From the NCBI RefSeq assembly GCF_963921235.1, contig NC_086109.1, positions 3,102,001-3,166,000 of the forward strand: a DNA stretch of 64,000 bases. Reading direction: 5' to 3'. The DNA comes from Mobula hypostoma (Eukaryota). Below the pieces are notes generated by a model. The model was given only the letters and a program-made list of their open reading frames with translations, did not search any database and had not been told where the DNA came from. Shown here piece by piece: positions 63,627 to 64,000 of this stretch; the stretch's first letter is position 1; each line of letters starts with the position of its first letter. A program made the translations under genes and the position numbers.

Positions 63627-64000
63627 GCAACATACATCAAAGTTGCTGGTGAACGCAGCAGGCCAGGCAGCATCTGTAGGAAGAGGTGCAGTCGACGTTT
63701 CAGGCCGAGACCCTTCGTCAGGACTAACTGAAGGAAGAGTGAGTAAGGGATTTGAAAGCTGGAGGGGGAGGGGGAGATGCAAAATGATAGGAGAAGACAG
63801 GAGGGGGAGGGATAGAGCCGAGAGCTGGACAGGTTTAATGGTCCAAAGAGGATACGAGAGGATCATGGGACAGGAGGTCCGGGAAGAAAGACAAGGGGTG
63901 GGGGGGTGACCCAGGGGATGGGCAAGAGGTATATTCAGAGGGACAGAGGGAGAAAAAGGAGAGTGAGAGAAAGAATGTGTGCATAAAAATGAGTAACAGA
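63627..64000 (-). mobile_element. Young PLE arm with intact hammerhead (63689-63730), running off the window
   Basis: Near-identical to 60220-60590; inserted in a Rex1 tail (63515-63625). Confidence 0.9.

Overview
Eukaryotic, repeat-saturated DNA with no recognisable host protein-coding exon. The repeat inventory (V-domain/HE1-like SINEs, abundant CR1 and Rex1/Babar LINE fragments, Penelope-like elements, Tc1, Gypsy LTR elements) suggests a cartilaginous fish, probably a ray; this is an inference. Almost all ORFs in the track are decayed transposon frames or antisense shadows. Points of interest: (1) a ~690-nt CpG-rich, extensively self-pairing segment with GNRA-capped hairpins and a CR1-type 3' tail (19.3-20.0 kb), a candidate new structured-RNA retroelement; (2) a Vingi LINE whose inverted 5' end starts with an HDV-like ribozyme closely resembling the mammalian CPEB3 ribozyme (52.35 kb); (3) two Penelope-like families carrying minimal hammerhead ribozymes, including a series of young palindromic insertions with 14-15 bp TSDs; (4) a composite transposon bounded by two tiny Tc1-type MITEs, present twice. 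All family assignments and folds were made by eye from recalled motifs, and boundaries of old fragments are approximate.
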